In this document: positions 52,535 through 62,818 of the stretch, piece by piece | Layout: every line of letters starts with the position of its first letter | Position numbering within the stretch: position 1 is the stretch's first letter | From: an uncultured Armatimonadetes bacterium | GTDB taxonomy: Bacteria > Armatimonadota > Hebobacteria > Hebobacterales > Hebobacteraceae | Length of the DNA stretch: 64,000 bases | Assembly (NCBI GenBank): GCA_963716175.1 | Contig: OY970296.1 | Span: 800,001 to 864,000, forward strand | Direction of reading: 5' to 3' | Position numbers and translations under genes: made by a program | Notes under the pieces: generated by a model | The model's database searches: none | Seen by the model: only the letters and a program-made list of their open reading frames with translations | What the model was told of the DNA's origin: nothing

Positions 52535-53713
52535 CTACATCCGCCGGCGCCGACTCTCTGCTCTCTGCCGGCTGGCCGCGGAGGCGACCTCGGCTGCGCT
52601 CTCACCCGCGCTCCCGGGGTTGCCGAAGATCATCTTGCCGGCCACCGTCTGTAGCACACTGGTCACTATAATACGGAGCGTCTCCCCAATCCGGTCCTTG
52701 CCACGCTCCACCACCACCATGGTGCCATCATCCAGATAGGCCACCCCTTGGTCGGGCTCTTTGCCCTCGCGCACGATGGTCACGGTCAGCTCCTCCCCGG
52801 GCAGCACCACTGGCTTCACCGCGTTCGCCAGTTCGTTCACGTTCATTACCCGGATGCCCTGGAGCTGAGCCACCTTGTTCAGGTTGAAGTCGTTGGTGAT
52901 GATGGCCGCCCCCAGCTCCTTCGCCAGCTGCACCAGCTTCGCATCCACGGGATCGCTGCTGCGGATGGGCGAGCTGTACTGGTCCACCACCGTCACCTCC
53001 AGCTCCCGCTCCTGCTGCATCTGGTTCAGGATGTCCAGCCCCCGCCGGCCCCGATTCCGCTTCAGCGTGTCAGAGGAGTCCGCGATCATGTGCAACTCCT
53101 CCAGCACGAACCCGGGCACGCAGATGGGTCCCTCCACGAAGCCCGCTCGCGCCACATCCGAGATCCGGCCGTCAATGATCACATTGGTGTCCAGCAGCTT
53201 GGGCTGCGCCTTCGGCTTCTCCTCCCCCCTCCCGGCCGACCCAGTCTGAGTGGCCAGGTTGGGGAAGAAGAAGTACAGCTCCTCTTTCATGCTGAGGGTG
53301 ATGAACACCCCGAGGTAGACGGAGATCAACCCCACCAGGACGGTAAGCTGGGCCCCGAAATGCGGGATCCTCACCAGCAGCACGCCCAACAAGGCCGTCA
53401 TCCCCAGTCCGATGAAGATCCCCAGGACTACCGCCGCTTTGTCCCGGCCCGGCATGCGCTGCAGGTTCGACAACACGTCCCGCGCCAGGGCCACCGCCTG
53501 GCGGTAGATGAAGCTGGCGGCCGTGAAGCCCACGATCAAGCCAAACACCGCGAACAGCACTTTGTAGGTGGGCTCGAAGTAGGTGAACGGCCGCCATTGC
53601 TCTCGGCCCGCGATGGGCTCAAGGTAGTAGACACTGGCCGCCAGCACGCACACCCAAGCGGAGAGCGCGCCCACCATCAAGCTGAGGATGAGACCAACGA
53701 CTCTGGTAATCAT
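52535..53713 (-). CDS. PIN/TRAM membrane protein (YacL-like)
   Basis: LLDTNVIIDGRI, RGRRGLDIL, TNDFNLNK, YLDDGTMVVVE. Confidence 0.9.
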   Translation of the reverse strand: MITRVVGLILSLMVGALSAWVCVLAASVYYLEPIAGREQWRPFTYFEPTYKVLFAVFGLIVGFTAASFIYRQAVALARDVLSNLQRMPGRDKAAVVLGIFIGLGMTALLGVLLVRIPHFGAQLTVLVGLISVYLGVFITLSMKEELYFFFPNLATQTGSAGRGEEKPKAQPKLLDTNVIIDGRISDVARAGFVEGPICVPGFVLEELHMIADSSDTLKRNRGRRGLDILNQMQQERELEVTVVDQYSSPIRSSDPVDAKLVQLAKELGAAIITNDFNLNKVAQLQGIRVMNVNELANAVKPVVLPGEELTVTIVREGKEPDQGVAYLDDGTMVVVERGKDRIGETLRIIVTSVLQTVAGKMIFGNPGSAGESAAEVASAASRQRAESRRRRM

Positions 53714-53955
53714 CTCACCTGCCCGGCCGCAGCTGTGTGGCGGGTCCGCCCGCTCCGCGCGCCCCGCCACCTCCCACCACGGCCTCATTGACCTTTCGGT
53801 AGCATTCGCCGCCACCCCTGCACCCGAACGCACCACCTATGGGGCGGAGCGTGCCCCTGCCCGCCGCATCCCGGCCCTTATTTGACCCCATCAGCGCTCC
53901 CTTGGTCGCGCCCTCCCGCCTTGCGGCCAGCGGCCTGCGCCCCCCCCGGCCCAGC

Positions 53956-55362
53956 TCACAGGAAGGCCGCCTGGAAGGCGTCGTGTAGATGCTCCACCGG
54001 AACCACCTCCAGGCCTGCCCGGGACTCAGCCGAGGTGGGCCCGTCCGTGCCCGCCACCTGCCGGCCCTCGGCCTGGGGAACCAGGCAGCGCCGGAACCCG
54101 CGCCGCGCCAACTCCGAGAGCCGCCTCTCCAGCCTGGGCACCGCGCGAATCTCTCCGGTCAGCCCCACCTCGCCGAGGCAGGCCGTGTCCGGCCGGATGG
54201 CCTGGTCTTTCAGGCTGCTGGCAACGGCCAGTGCCAGCCCCAGGTCCGCCGCCGGCTCGGTCACGCGCACCCCGCCGGGCACATTCACGAACACGTCCGC
54301 GCTCGCCAGAGAGAGCCCGGCGCGCTTCTCCAGCACCGCCAGCATCAGGCAGGTCCGGTTGTAGTCCACTCCGGTGACACTGCGCCGCGGGCTGGCATAA
54401 GGTGAGGCCCCGCTCACCAGGGCCTGGATCTCTACCAGCAGAGGCCGGCTGCCTTCGAGCGCCGCCACTACGCTGGACCCCGGCACTCCCGCTCTCCGCT
54501 CCGCCAGCAAGGCGGCGCTGGCGTCTGGCACGCCCTCCATCCCCCGTTCCGTCATTTGGAACAGCCCCAACTCATCGATCGAGCCGAAGCGGTTCTTGGT
54601 GGACCGGAGGATGCGATAGCCCGAGTGACGATCTCCCTCCAGGGACAGCACCGTGTCCACCATGTGCTCCAGCAGCCTGGGCCCGGCCACCGCCCCTTCC
54701 TTCGTCACGTGGCCCACCAGAAACACCGCCACTCCCAGGTCCTTCGCCGCCCGCAGCAGCCGGGTGGCGCAGTCTCGCACCTGACTGACGCTGCCGGGGA
54801 GGGACTCGATATCAGGCGCATAGAGGGCCTGGATCGAGTCCACCACCAGCAACCCGGGAGCCATCCGTTCCACCTCGGCCACAATCGCCTCCACGTCGGT
54901 CTCCGCCAGAACCAGCAGGTCCGGCGAGACCGGCTCCACCCGGCGGGCGCGCAAGCCCACTTGCGCCAATGACTCCTCTCCGGTCACGTAGAGGCACTGC
55001 CCGTGGCCCTGGGCGAAGCTGTTCGCGCACTGCAGCAGCAGCGTGGATTTGCCTATCCCCGGGTCCCCGGCCAGCAACACCAGTGCCCCGGGGACCACGC
55101 CGCCTCCCAGCACGCGGTCCAGCTCTGACAGGCCGGTGGCGCGTCTGGCGGCGGGGGCGAGCTCGCGGACCTGCCCCGCGGCCGGAACCGGCCCTGCCGC
55201 CGCGATGGCGCCCCCCTGCCGGCGCGCCGCGGCGTGCCTGCGCCCAGAGGGAGCGCGCACTACCATCTCCACCAGGCTGTTCCACTCTCCGCAGGCGGAG
55301 CACTTGCCGTGCCACTGGCCGGCCTCGGCCCCACATTGTTGACAGAAGAACTTGGTCGGCAT
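53956..55362 (-). CDS. radA: DNA repair protein RadA/Sms
   Basis: CQQCG...CGEWN, GDPGIGKST, KNRFG, GEVGLTGE. Confidence 0.95.
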   Translation of the reverse strand: MPTKFFCQQCGAEAGQWHGKCSACGEWNSLVEMVVRAPSGRRHAAARRQGGAIAAAGPVPAAGQVRELAPAARRATGLSELDRVLGGGVVPGALVLLAGDPGIGKSTLLLQCANSFAQGHGQCLYVTGEESLAQVGLRARRVEPVSPDLLVLAETDVEAIVAEVERMAPGLLVVDSIQALYAPDIESLPGSVSQVRDCATRLLRAAKDLGVAVFLVGHVTKEGAVAGPRLLEHMVDTVLSLEGDRHSGYRILRSTKNRFGSIDELGLFQMTERGMEGVPDASAALLAERRAGVPGSSVVAALEGSRPLLVEIQALVSGASPYASPRRSVTGVDYNRTCLMLAVLEKRAGLSLASADVFVNVPGGVRVTEPAADLGLALAVASSLKDQAIRPDTACLGEVGLTGEIRAVPRLERRLSELARRGFRRCLVPQAEGRQVAGTDGPTSAESRAGLEVVPVEHLHDAFQAAFL

Positions 55363-55452
55363 ATCGCCCGGGCGCCCTCTGAACGCCCATGTCATCAAGT
55401 GCTCGGCATCGCTGTCTGCCGGCCCTTGGGGGGAACGCCGCCCGACAGGAGC

Positions 55453-55487
55453 GGCGGGTATCCACCGGTGGTGGATACCCGCCCTAC
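55453..55487 (-). repeat. GTAG-type REP palindrome
   Basis: GTAGGGCGGGTATCCACC-ACC-GGTGGATACCCGCC. Confidence 0.7.
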
Positions 55488-55558
55488 AGGCCGTTAATTC
55501 AGGATCGCCCGTTACCAGACACCGCCCCCCTCGGCGAGGCCGCCCGAGGCCGGCACAC

Positions 55559-58116
55559 TCAGTGGGCGAGAGAGGCCAGCGCCTCCGTGCGGCGGAAGAT
55601 GATCTCCACCTGCTCAGGTGACCCTTCGGACCCGCCCGACCCCTGCAGCACGGCCTCGATGGTGTCGCCCTCGTGGAACTGGCCGTGCAGCAGGCACTCC
55701 GACAATGGGTCTTCGATGTGGCGCTGGATGGCTCGCCGCAGCGGTCGCGCCCCAAGGGTGCGGTCGAACCCTTCCCGCGCCAGGAAACTCTTCACTGCAT
55801 CGTCCACCACCAGCCGCATGCCCTGCTCTGCTACCCGGTGCCCTACCCGGCCCAGCAGGAGGTCTACGATCCGGGTCACTTGCTCCTGGGTGAGGGCGTG
55901 GAACACGATCACCTCGTCCACCCGGTTGAGGAACTCGGGACGGAAGACCTGCTTGAGCTTCTCCAGCACCCCAGCCTTCATCCGCTCGTAGCGCTCCCGC
56001 TCCTCCCCCTCCACCTGCGCCGCGGTCGCGCCCTGGGCGGCCACCGACAATCCCATGCCCACGCCGGTGTCCACAGAGCTGGTCCCCACATTGCTGGTCA
56101 TGATCAGCACCGCGTTGCGGAAATCCACCACGTGGGCCTGGGAATCGGTGAGCCGGCCGTCCTCCATCACCTGGAGCAGAATGTTGAACACCTCGGGATG
56201 GGCCTTCTCCACCTCGTCCAGCAGGATCACGCAGTAAGGGCGCCGCCGCACCGCCTCGGTGAGCTGGCCCCCCTCCTCATAGCCCACATATCCCGGGGGA
56301 GCGCCGATCAGCCGGGAGACGGTGTGTCGCTCCCGGTACTCGGACATGTCAATGCGGACCATGGCGTCTTCGTTATCGAACAGGAACTCGGCCAGCGCCC
56401 GCGCCAGCTCCGTCTTCCCCACCCCGGTGGGACCCAGGCACAGGAAGGAGCCGACTGGCCGGCGCGGGTCCTTGAGCCCGGCGCGCCCCCGGCGCACCGC
56501 CCGCGACACCGCCCGCACCGCTTCCTCCTGGCCCACGATCCGCTCGTGCAGCCGCTCCTCCATGTGCAGGAGCTTGTCGGTCTCTCCCTCGCCCAGCCTG
56601 CTGACAGGCACCCCCGTCCAGACCGAGACCACGTGGGAGATGTCCTCCTCCCTCACCACATTCGCGCCTCTGCCCGCTGGCGGCGCCAGTCCTCCTCCAG
56701 AGACATCAGCTCTTCCCGCAGGCGGTGCCGCTGATCGCGCAGCTGCACCCCGCGCTGGTAGTCGGCCTCATCCCGCTCCAACGGGCTGACGCTCACCACC
56801 TTCTGCAGCTCCCGGGAGACCGTGTCCAGCGCCTGGCGCAGCCGCTTCACTTCTTGCGGCGGCTCACTAATCTGCAGCCGCACGCGAGAGGCGGCCTCGT
56901 CCATCACGTCAATCGCCTTGTCGGGCAGGAAGCGATCGGTGATATAGCGAGAGGAGAGGCGAGCGGAGGCGAGCAAGGCGTCGTCATCTATCCGCACCCG
57001 GTGGTGGGCTTCATAGCGCGCCCGCAGGCCGCGCAGGATCTCCACCGTCTCCTCCACCGTGGGCTCTCCCACCATCACCGGCTGGAACCGACGCTCCAGG
57101 GCCGCATCCTTCTCCACGTACTTCCTGAACTCGGAGAGGGTGGTGGCGCCGATGCACTGCAGCTCACCTCGCGCCAGCGCCGGCTTCAGGATATTGGAGG
57201 CGTCAATCGCCCCCTCCGCCGCGCCCGCCCCGATCAGGGTGTGGAGCTCATCAATGAACAGGATGATCTCGCCTGCCGCCTTGCGGATCTCATCCGTCAC
57301 CCGCTTCATCCGCTCCTCGAACTCGCCCCGGTACTTGGTCCCGGCCACCAGGCCCGCCAGGTCCAGGGCAATCACCCGCTTCTCGTGGAGCACCTCGGGT
57401 ACATCCTTCTTCATGATCCGCTGCGCCAGGCCCTCGGCGATCGCGGTCTTGCCCACGCCGGGCTCGCCGATCAAGCAGGGGTTGTTCTTGGTGCGGCGGC
57501 TGAGGATCTGGATCACTCGTTGAATCTCCTGGTGGCGCCCGATCACCGGGTCCAGCTTGTCCTCTGTCGCCAGCTTCGTGAGGTCGCGGCCGAACGCGTC
57601 CAGCACCGGCGTGTTGGAGCGAGAGCGCCCGCTGGGGGCCACCGCGGTGCCGCCCAGCAGCTTGATCACCTCCCGACGCACCTGGTCCAGGTCAATGCCC
57701 AGCGCGCGCAGCACCCGCACCGCCGTGCTATCGGCCTCGCGGACCAGGCCCAGCAGCAGGTGCTCGGTGTCAACGAAATTGGGAAGGCCCAGCTTGGGGT
57801 TCAGCTCCCGGGCTTCGTCCAGCGCCAATTCCAGCACCCGGCGCGCCCCCGCGCTCCAACTGCGCGATCCCTGCCCCGGGGATCGTGCGTCCATGGTCTC
57901 CATCTGGCGCCGGATCTCGTTCTGGGCCCGGCCCAAGCTAACGCCGAGCCGCTCCAAGACCCGCGCCGCCACCCCATCTTGCTCCCGGATGAGGCCCAGC
58001 AGCACGTGCTCGGTGCCGACGGTGTTGCCCCGGAAGCGCCGCGCCTCCTCCTTGGCGTATTGAACGACGCGGATGGCAGGCGGTGTGAAGCGCTGCAAGA
58101 TCTCTCCGTCCGCCAC
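55559..58116 (-). CDS. clpC: ClpC ATPase; split by a one-base frameshift at ~56665
   Basis: Clp-N repeats, GEPGVGKT (NBD1), GPTGVGKT (NBD2); halves abut in different frames. Confidence 0.92.
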
Positions 58117-58309
58117 CTTAGCCTCCTTTCGGGGCCATCCCTGACGGCCCCGTCACACCCAACAACCTCATCCTTGGTACCCCGTTCGGCCCCGGCAGGC
58201 AGCCCGGGCGCCGCACCTCCTGGAGAGCTTCTCAACCTGACCGAGGAGCCCAGCGGTCTGAGTCCTGTGGCTCGCCGCGCGGGCAGCGGTTCGGCGCACC
58301 CCCAGCACC

Positions 58310-59188
58310 TCAGCTGACCGGCACGCTCTCAGTGACCGTCACCTCCTTGAAGCGAGCCATCAGCCGCTTGGTGATCGGACCCGGAAGGCCATCTCCGATC
58401 TCTCGGCCGTCCACCCGGACCACCGGCACGATCTCGGCTCCGGTCCCGGTCAAGAAGCACTCCTCCGCGGAGTAGACATCGTAGAGGGTCAGCAGTTCCT
58501 CTTTCAGCGGCAAGTCCATCTCCGCCGCCAGCTCGAAAACCACCTGCCGCGTTATCCCCTCCAGCAGCCCCGCGTACGCGGGCGGCGTCACCAGCCCCCC
58601 CGCCAGACGCACGAAGATGTTGTCCGCGGTGGCCTCTGTCACATACCCCTCCTGATTCAGCATCAGCCCCTCGTCGGCCCCGGCGCGGGCCACTTCGATC
58701 TTGGCCAGGATATTGTTGAGGTAGTTCAGGGATTTGATCTCGGGGTTCAGCGCGGAGGTCGGGGTGCGCCGGGTGACGCAGGAGATCACCTCGAGGCCGC
58801 GCTGGTAGACCTCCTGCGGATAGAGGGCGATGGTGTCCACGATCACCACCAGGGTGGCCGGCGTGTGGCAATTGCGCGGGTCCAGCCCCAGGTCACCCTC
58901 CCCCCGGCTCAGCACCACCCGGATGTAGCAGTCGCCCCCGCCCCGACGCCGCACCCCCTCCCGGATGAGAACCTTCAGCTCCTCCGGGCCCGCCGGTGGT
59001 TCGAGCAGAATCGCCTTCGCGCTGCGGAACAGCCGATCCACATGCTGGTCCAGTCGGAACACCCGGCCCTGGTAGGCACGAATCCCCTCGAACACCCCAT
59101 CACCATAGAGGAATCCGCGGTCGAAGACCGCGACTGTCGCCTCCGACCGGGAGACGAAGCGTCCGTTCACATACACACATGGTTCCAC
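58310..59188 (-). CDS. ilvE: Branched-chain amino acid aminotransferase
   Basis: YGDGVFEG, KSLNYLNN, LEGITR, FLTGTGAEI. Confidence 0.93.
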   Translation of the reverse strand: MEPCVYVNGRFVSRSEATVAVFDRGFLYGDGVFEGIRAYQGRVFRLDQHVDRLFRSAKAILLEPPAGPEELKVLIREGVRRRGGGDCYIRVVLSRGEGDLGLDPRNCHTPATLVVIVDTIALYPQEVYQRGLEVISCVTRRTPTSALNPEIKSLNYLNNILAKIEVARAGADEGLMLNQEGYVTEATADNIFVRLAGGLVTPPAYAGLLEGITRQVVFELAAEMDLPLKEELLTLYDVYSAEECFLTGTGAEIVPVVRVDGREIGDGLPGPITKRLMARFKEVTVTESVPVS

Positions 59189-59389
59189 TGTGGTAGACCG
59201 CGCCTCTATCGCCGGTATTATCTTACCATAATCCGCACCCCGTGACAACCGCTGCTCCGCATCACCCTGGCCAAGGGTTATGGTCGCTGGCCGTACATGG
59301 TAGGGACTAACGGCTGCTGCCGGGCTCGCGCCGAACCAGCGTGAGCTGCCTGCACCGGACGCGAGGTGCACACCCTCGAACAGGGGCCG

Positions 59390-59479
59390 CGGAGAGGCCG
59401 GGATTCGAACCCGGGACGGAACTTTTGGCCCCGTAACCGCTTAGCAGGCGGTTGCCTTCGACCACTCGGCCACCTCTCC
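59390..59479 (-). tRNA. tRNA-Ser (GCT), CCA not encoded
   Basis: GGAGAGGTGGCCGAGTGGTCGAAGGCAACCGCCTGCTAAGCGGTT...long variable arm...GGTTCGAATCCCGGCCTCTCCG. Confidence 0.95.
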
Positions 59480-59530
59480 GAGCCGCCGAGTGCTATGGTA
59501 TCACATTCAGAGACCGCGAACAAGAAACGT

Positions 59531-59556
59531 GTAGGGCGGGCATTCCCATGCCCGTC
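59531..59556 (+). repeat. GTAG-type REP palindrome
   Basis: GTAGGGCGGGCATTCCCATGCCCGTC. Confidence 0.65.
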
Positions 59557-59768
59557 GTCCCGGGATGGGCAGGGGACACGTGGCTAGGCCCTTCGGGCCG
59601 CCACCCCGGTCGCGTTGCGACCTAGGGGCTCCTGCCCTAGGCACTGACACTCCCCCGGGTGCGAGCTGCAACGCGCACCAGGCGACAGCCATCCCTCTCG
59701 CACAAGGGTGCCGCTCCCCCTCGTCGAATCCCCGGTCATGAGAAGACCCCTCATCGAGGAGGCGAACC

Positions 59769-60860
59769 GTGGATCTGTCCAGTCTCGCCGGACTGCCCAT
59801 TGTTGACTGCCATACCCACTTCGGCGGAACCAACCTGGAAGCCATAGACGCGATGTTGGAGGCGGAGGCGAAGGCCGGCATAGAACAGGTGAGCATTGTC
59901 GTCACCAGCTTCCCTGGCCGCGCCAGCACGGACCCACTCGCCATTTTCGCCAAAGCCAGACACCCGGAGAGGGTGTATCACTTCGCGGGGCTGGACCAGT
60001 CTTTCCTGGCGAAGGACGTTGATCACCGGTGGACCCGTTCGCTGGCTGAGCAGGTGGAGCTCTACGCCGCGCTGGGGGCAGATGGCATCAAGATGATCAA
60101 CGGCAAACCCAATACTCGCAAGGCCTCCGGCATCGCGCTCGACTCCGTGATCTATGATGACTACTTCGCCCGCCTCTGTGAAATGGGCTTCCCGGTGCTC
60201 TGGCATGTGAACGATCCCGAGGAGTTCTGGAACCCGGCGCAGGCGCCGGAGTGGGCGAAGGGGCCGGGGTGGCTGTACGACGACACCTTTCCCTCTAACG
60301 AGTCGCTCTACCAGGAGTGTGAGCGGGCCCTGGATAAGCACCCGAACCTGAAGGTCATCTTCGCTCACTTCTACTTCCTGTCCGACTTCCTCCCCCGGGC
60401 CGCCGCCTTCCTGGATCGCTATTCTCATGCTTACTTCGACCTCGCCCCGGGGATCGAGATGCTGCATAACTTCAGCAAGCGGCCCGAGGAGGCGCGAGCG
60501 TTCTTTCTCAAGTATCAGGATCGGATCATCTTCGGCACGGATTTCTCGCAGTCCCGGCTGATGCTCTCCCGCATCTGGGTGGTGCGGAACTTCCTGGAGA
60601 CCGACGAGACCTTCCACGTGCCCACGGATGACAACCTCTTCTGGCCCGACCATCGCACCATGATCCGCGGCCTTGCCCTCCCGGAGGAGGTGCTGCGCAA
60701 GATCTATGCGGCGAACTTCCAGCGCCTGGTCCCGGCTCAACCCAAGGCCCTGAACCTGCCGCTGGTGATGGCCGAGCTTGACCGGCTCGCCGCCCTGTCC
60801 GACGCGCTAGGCGCCTCGCCTAACACGGCGCGGCGGGTGGCCGAGCGGCTGGCGGGCTAG
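59769..60860 (+). CDS. Amidohydrolase_2 family protein
   Basis: VDCHTH, PVLWH, IFAH, IFGTD. Confidence 0.88.
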   Translation: MDLSSLAGLPIVDCHTHFGGTNLEAIDAMLEAEAKAGIEQVSIVVTSFPGRASTDPLAIFAKARHPERVYHFAGLDQSFLAKDVDHRWTRSLAEQVELYAALGADGIKMINGKPNTRKASGIALDSVIYDDYFARLCEMGFPVLWHVNDPEEFWNPAQAPEWAKGPGWLYDDTFPSNESLYQECERALDKHPNLKVIFAHFYFLSDFLPRAAAFLDRYSHAYFDLAPGIEMLHNFSKRPEEARAFFLKYQDRIIFGTDFSQSRLMLSRIWVVRNFLETDETFHVPTDDNLFWPDHRTMIRGLALPEEVLRKIYAANFQRLVPAQPKALNLPLVMAELDRLAALSDALGASPNTARRVAERLAG

Positions 60861-60903
60861 CCCGCCGGGCCCGCGGCAGTGTCAGGGAACGCTGGCAGAA
60901 GGC

Positions 60904-60941
60904 GCGACAACGCCCGCCACACCAGTGGCGGGCGTTGTCGC
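60904..60941. terminator. 17-bp perfect hairpin between convergent genes
   Basis: GCGACAACGCCCGCCAC-ACCA-GTGGCGGGCGTTGTCGC. Confidence 0.6.
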
Positions 60942-60956
60942 CATCTTGGTCCAGAC

Positions 60957-61319
60957 TCAATCGTGCACGATCAGCACTACCAGAATCAGCAGCAGGAGCA
61001 CGGTTGTCGTGTCCCAGGACAGGGTGTTCGCACCTGCCGCCATCACGGCATTGAGGTCAGTCGCGATGGCGTGAACCTCCGCGTCCGTCAGCAGCGCGAC
61101 GCGGCTGGCTGCCTGTTGCTGCGAGAGGCCAAAGCCCATCAGCTTGGCCTTGATCAGCTCGCGCTCGGTCGCCGCCGTGCTGCCATCCGCCTTCCCGGCC
61201 GTGGTGCACGCGGTCTGCGACGGCACCGGCGCGCCCCACGCCATTGGCGCCATCATCGCCAGCGCCAAGGCCACTACTAACACCATTGCCACTGTCCGTC
61301 TGCTCGCTGTCACCGCCAA
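60957..61319 (-). CDS. PA2779-family protein
   Basis: Signal peptide; LMGFGLS...RVALLTDAEV...AGA then hydrophobic tail. Confidence 0.75.
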   Translation of the reverse strand: MAVTASRRTVAMVLVVALALAMMAPMAWGAPVPSQTACTTAGKADGSTAATERELIKAKLMGFGLSQQQAASRVALLTDAEVHAIATDLNAVMAAGANTLSWDTTTVLLLLILVVLIVHD

Positions 61320-61484
61320 AGCTCACCTCCTTTCAGAGCTCGGCCTCTGCGCCGAGCCACCGTCTGTAGTAGCCGCCAAACGATATTACCTCTTGTGCTT
61401 CGTTTAGTCCGCCAGCGCCGGAGCTGCCGTAGGCCAGGCTGGGAGCCTGGGCTACGGTGCCTGCTCGCCGGGCCACTTATCGCA

Positions 61485-62201
61485 TCACCTCTGCTCCGCC
61501 TTCATCCGCCGGGCCGCGGCCTGCTGCTCCCCCGCCTCCGCCACTCTTCCCATCGCGCCGTACACCGCCGCCAGGTGCTCGTGGATCGCGAGGCGGAGAG
61601 CTGGCTCCTGAGAGGTGGAGTCCCTCAGCGCCGCCTCCAGCGCGGCGGCGGCCCCGGTCTCGCTGCCCTGCAGATGATAGAGCCATCCCAGCGTGTCCAG
61701 CCCGTAAGCGCGGTGAGGCCCCGGTGCCTGCACCAAAGGTGTCAGTCGGGCTGCCGCCTCCTCCAGATGCACCCCTTTCTCTCCGCACAGATCGGCGAAG
61801 TTGTTCGCCGCGTCGAAGCTCGCGGGATCCGCGTTCATCGCCTGCCGGTACCGGGACAGTGCCTCCTCAGCCTTCCCTTGCTGGCGCAGCACATTGCCCA
61901 GGTTTACATAGGCCGGCGCGAATCTCGGGTTCCGCCAGATGGCGTGCTGGTACGCCCAGGTCGCCCGGTCGAGCCGCCCTTCCCGCTCATATAGGACACC
62001 CAGGTCGTTGAGTTGTTCCGCGCCCAGCCCGGCCACCAGGCGCTCCGCCTCGGCCCGACTGGGTTCGCGGTCCAGCCGCTCCCGGTAGGCGCGCAGCGCC
62101 GCGCCCAGGTCTACCTGCACTCCTCGCTTATCGGTCTGGCACCCGGCCAGCAGCGCGGCCAGCGCCAGCAGAGAGAGGGTGCTGATCGCTCTCACGCTCA
62201 C
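61485..62201 (-). CDS. TPR lipoprotein
   Basis: Lipobox LAGC; NDLGVLY, NLGNVL, DTLGWLY. Confidence 0.85.
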   Translation of the reverse strand: MSVRAISTLSLLALAALLAGCQTDKRGVQVDLGAALRAYRERLDREPSRAEAERLVAGLGAEQLNDLGVLYEREGRLDRATWAYQHAIWRNPRFAPAYVNLGNVLRQQGKAEEALSRYRQAMNADPASFDAANNFADLCGEKGVHLEEAAARLTPLVQAPGPHRAYGLDTLGWLYHLQGSETGAAAALEAALRDSTSQEPALRLAIHEHLAAVYGAMGRVAEAGEQQAAARRMKAEQR

Positions 62202-62769
62202 CTTCAGAGGCCCGTCCTTTGCCTTCCACCACCATCATCCAGCGCCCGCACTCCTGCCAGTCTCTCTCGAACCCGGCCCCGGAGGCGGCGTGCTCTTTGC
62301 CACTCCCGTCGTCGAGAAGCCAGATCCGGCGGGAGTCATCATAGCCGCGAACGACCACAAAATGGTTGCGGTCCGCCAGCCGCCCATGCCGCCGCACCAG
62401 GCAGATCACCGGGCGGTTCCGCACCAGGGCCCGCTTCACCTCGGGTGCGCTGCCGCGGCCCGCCCACACCTCCAGGCCCCTCTTCCTCGCCCACAGCAGC
62501 AGGTCGAGGTTCAGCGTGCCGCGGTAGCCGGGCAGGTAGATGTCCCTGGCGATCTCGGCGGCGGCGGCCTTCTCGCCGTGGAACTGGAGGACCGCGGCCA
62601 GCGCGGCGGGGCCGCACCAGTTGCTGTGGGGCTCTGCCAAGGGAACCCCGGAGACGTAGTGGCTGGACGCGAGGGCCTCGAGGCGGGGTGGAGCAGACCG
62701 GCCCCCACGGACCAGGCCCAGCGCCATCGCCATCCCCAGCGCCCACGTCAGCTCTACGACCATCCCCAC
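62128..62769 (-). CDS. C39-like cysteine peptidase (PA2778-type)
   Basis: WCGPAALA, IYLPGYRGT, HFVVVRGYD. Confidence 0.82.
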   Translation of the reverse strand: MGMVVELTWALGMAMALGLVRGGRSAPPRLEALASSHYVSGVPLAEPHSNWCGPAALAAVLQFHGEKAAAAEIARDIYLPGYRGTLNLDLLLWARKRGLEVWAGRGSAPEVKRALVRNRPVICLVRRHGRLADRNHFVVVRGYDDSRRIWLLDDGSGKEHAASGAGFERDWQECGRWMMVVEGKGRASEGERESDQHPLSAGAGRAAGRVPDR

Positions 62770-62818
62770 TCGCCCCTCCCCGGCGGGGCAGGCGCGAAAC
62801 CTGCCCCTGCCGCCTGGT

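Noticed and set aside
55559-56659. Independent second Clp ATPase gene
   Set aside because: It is the NBD2 half of clpC, continuous after a one-base correction
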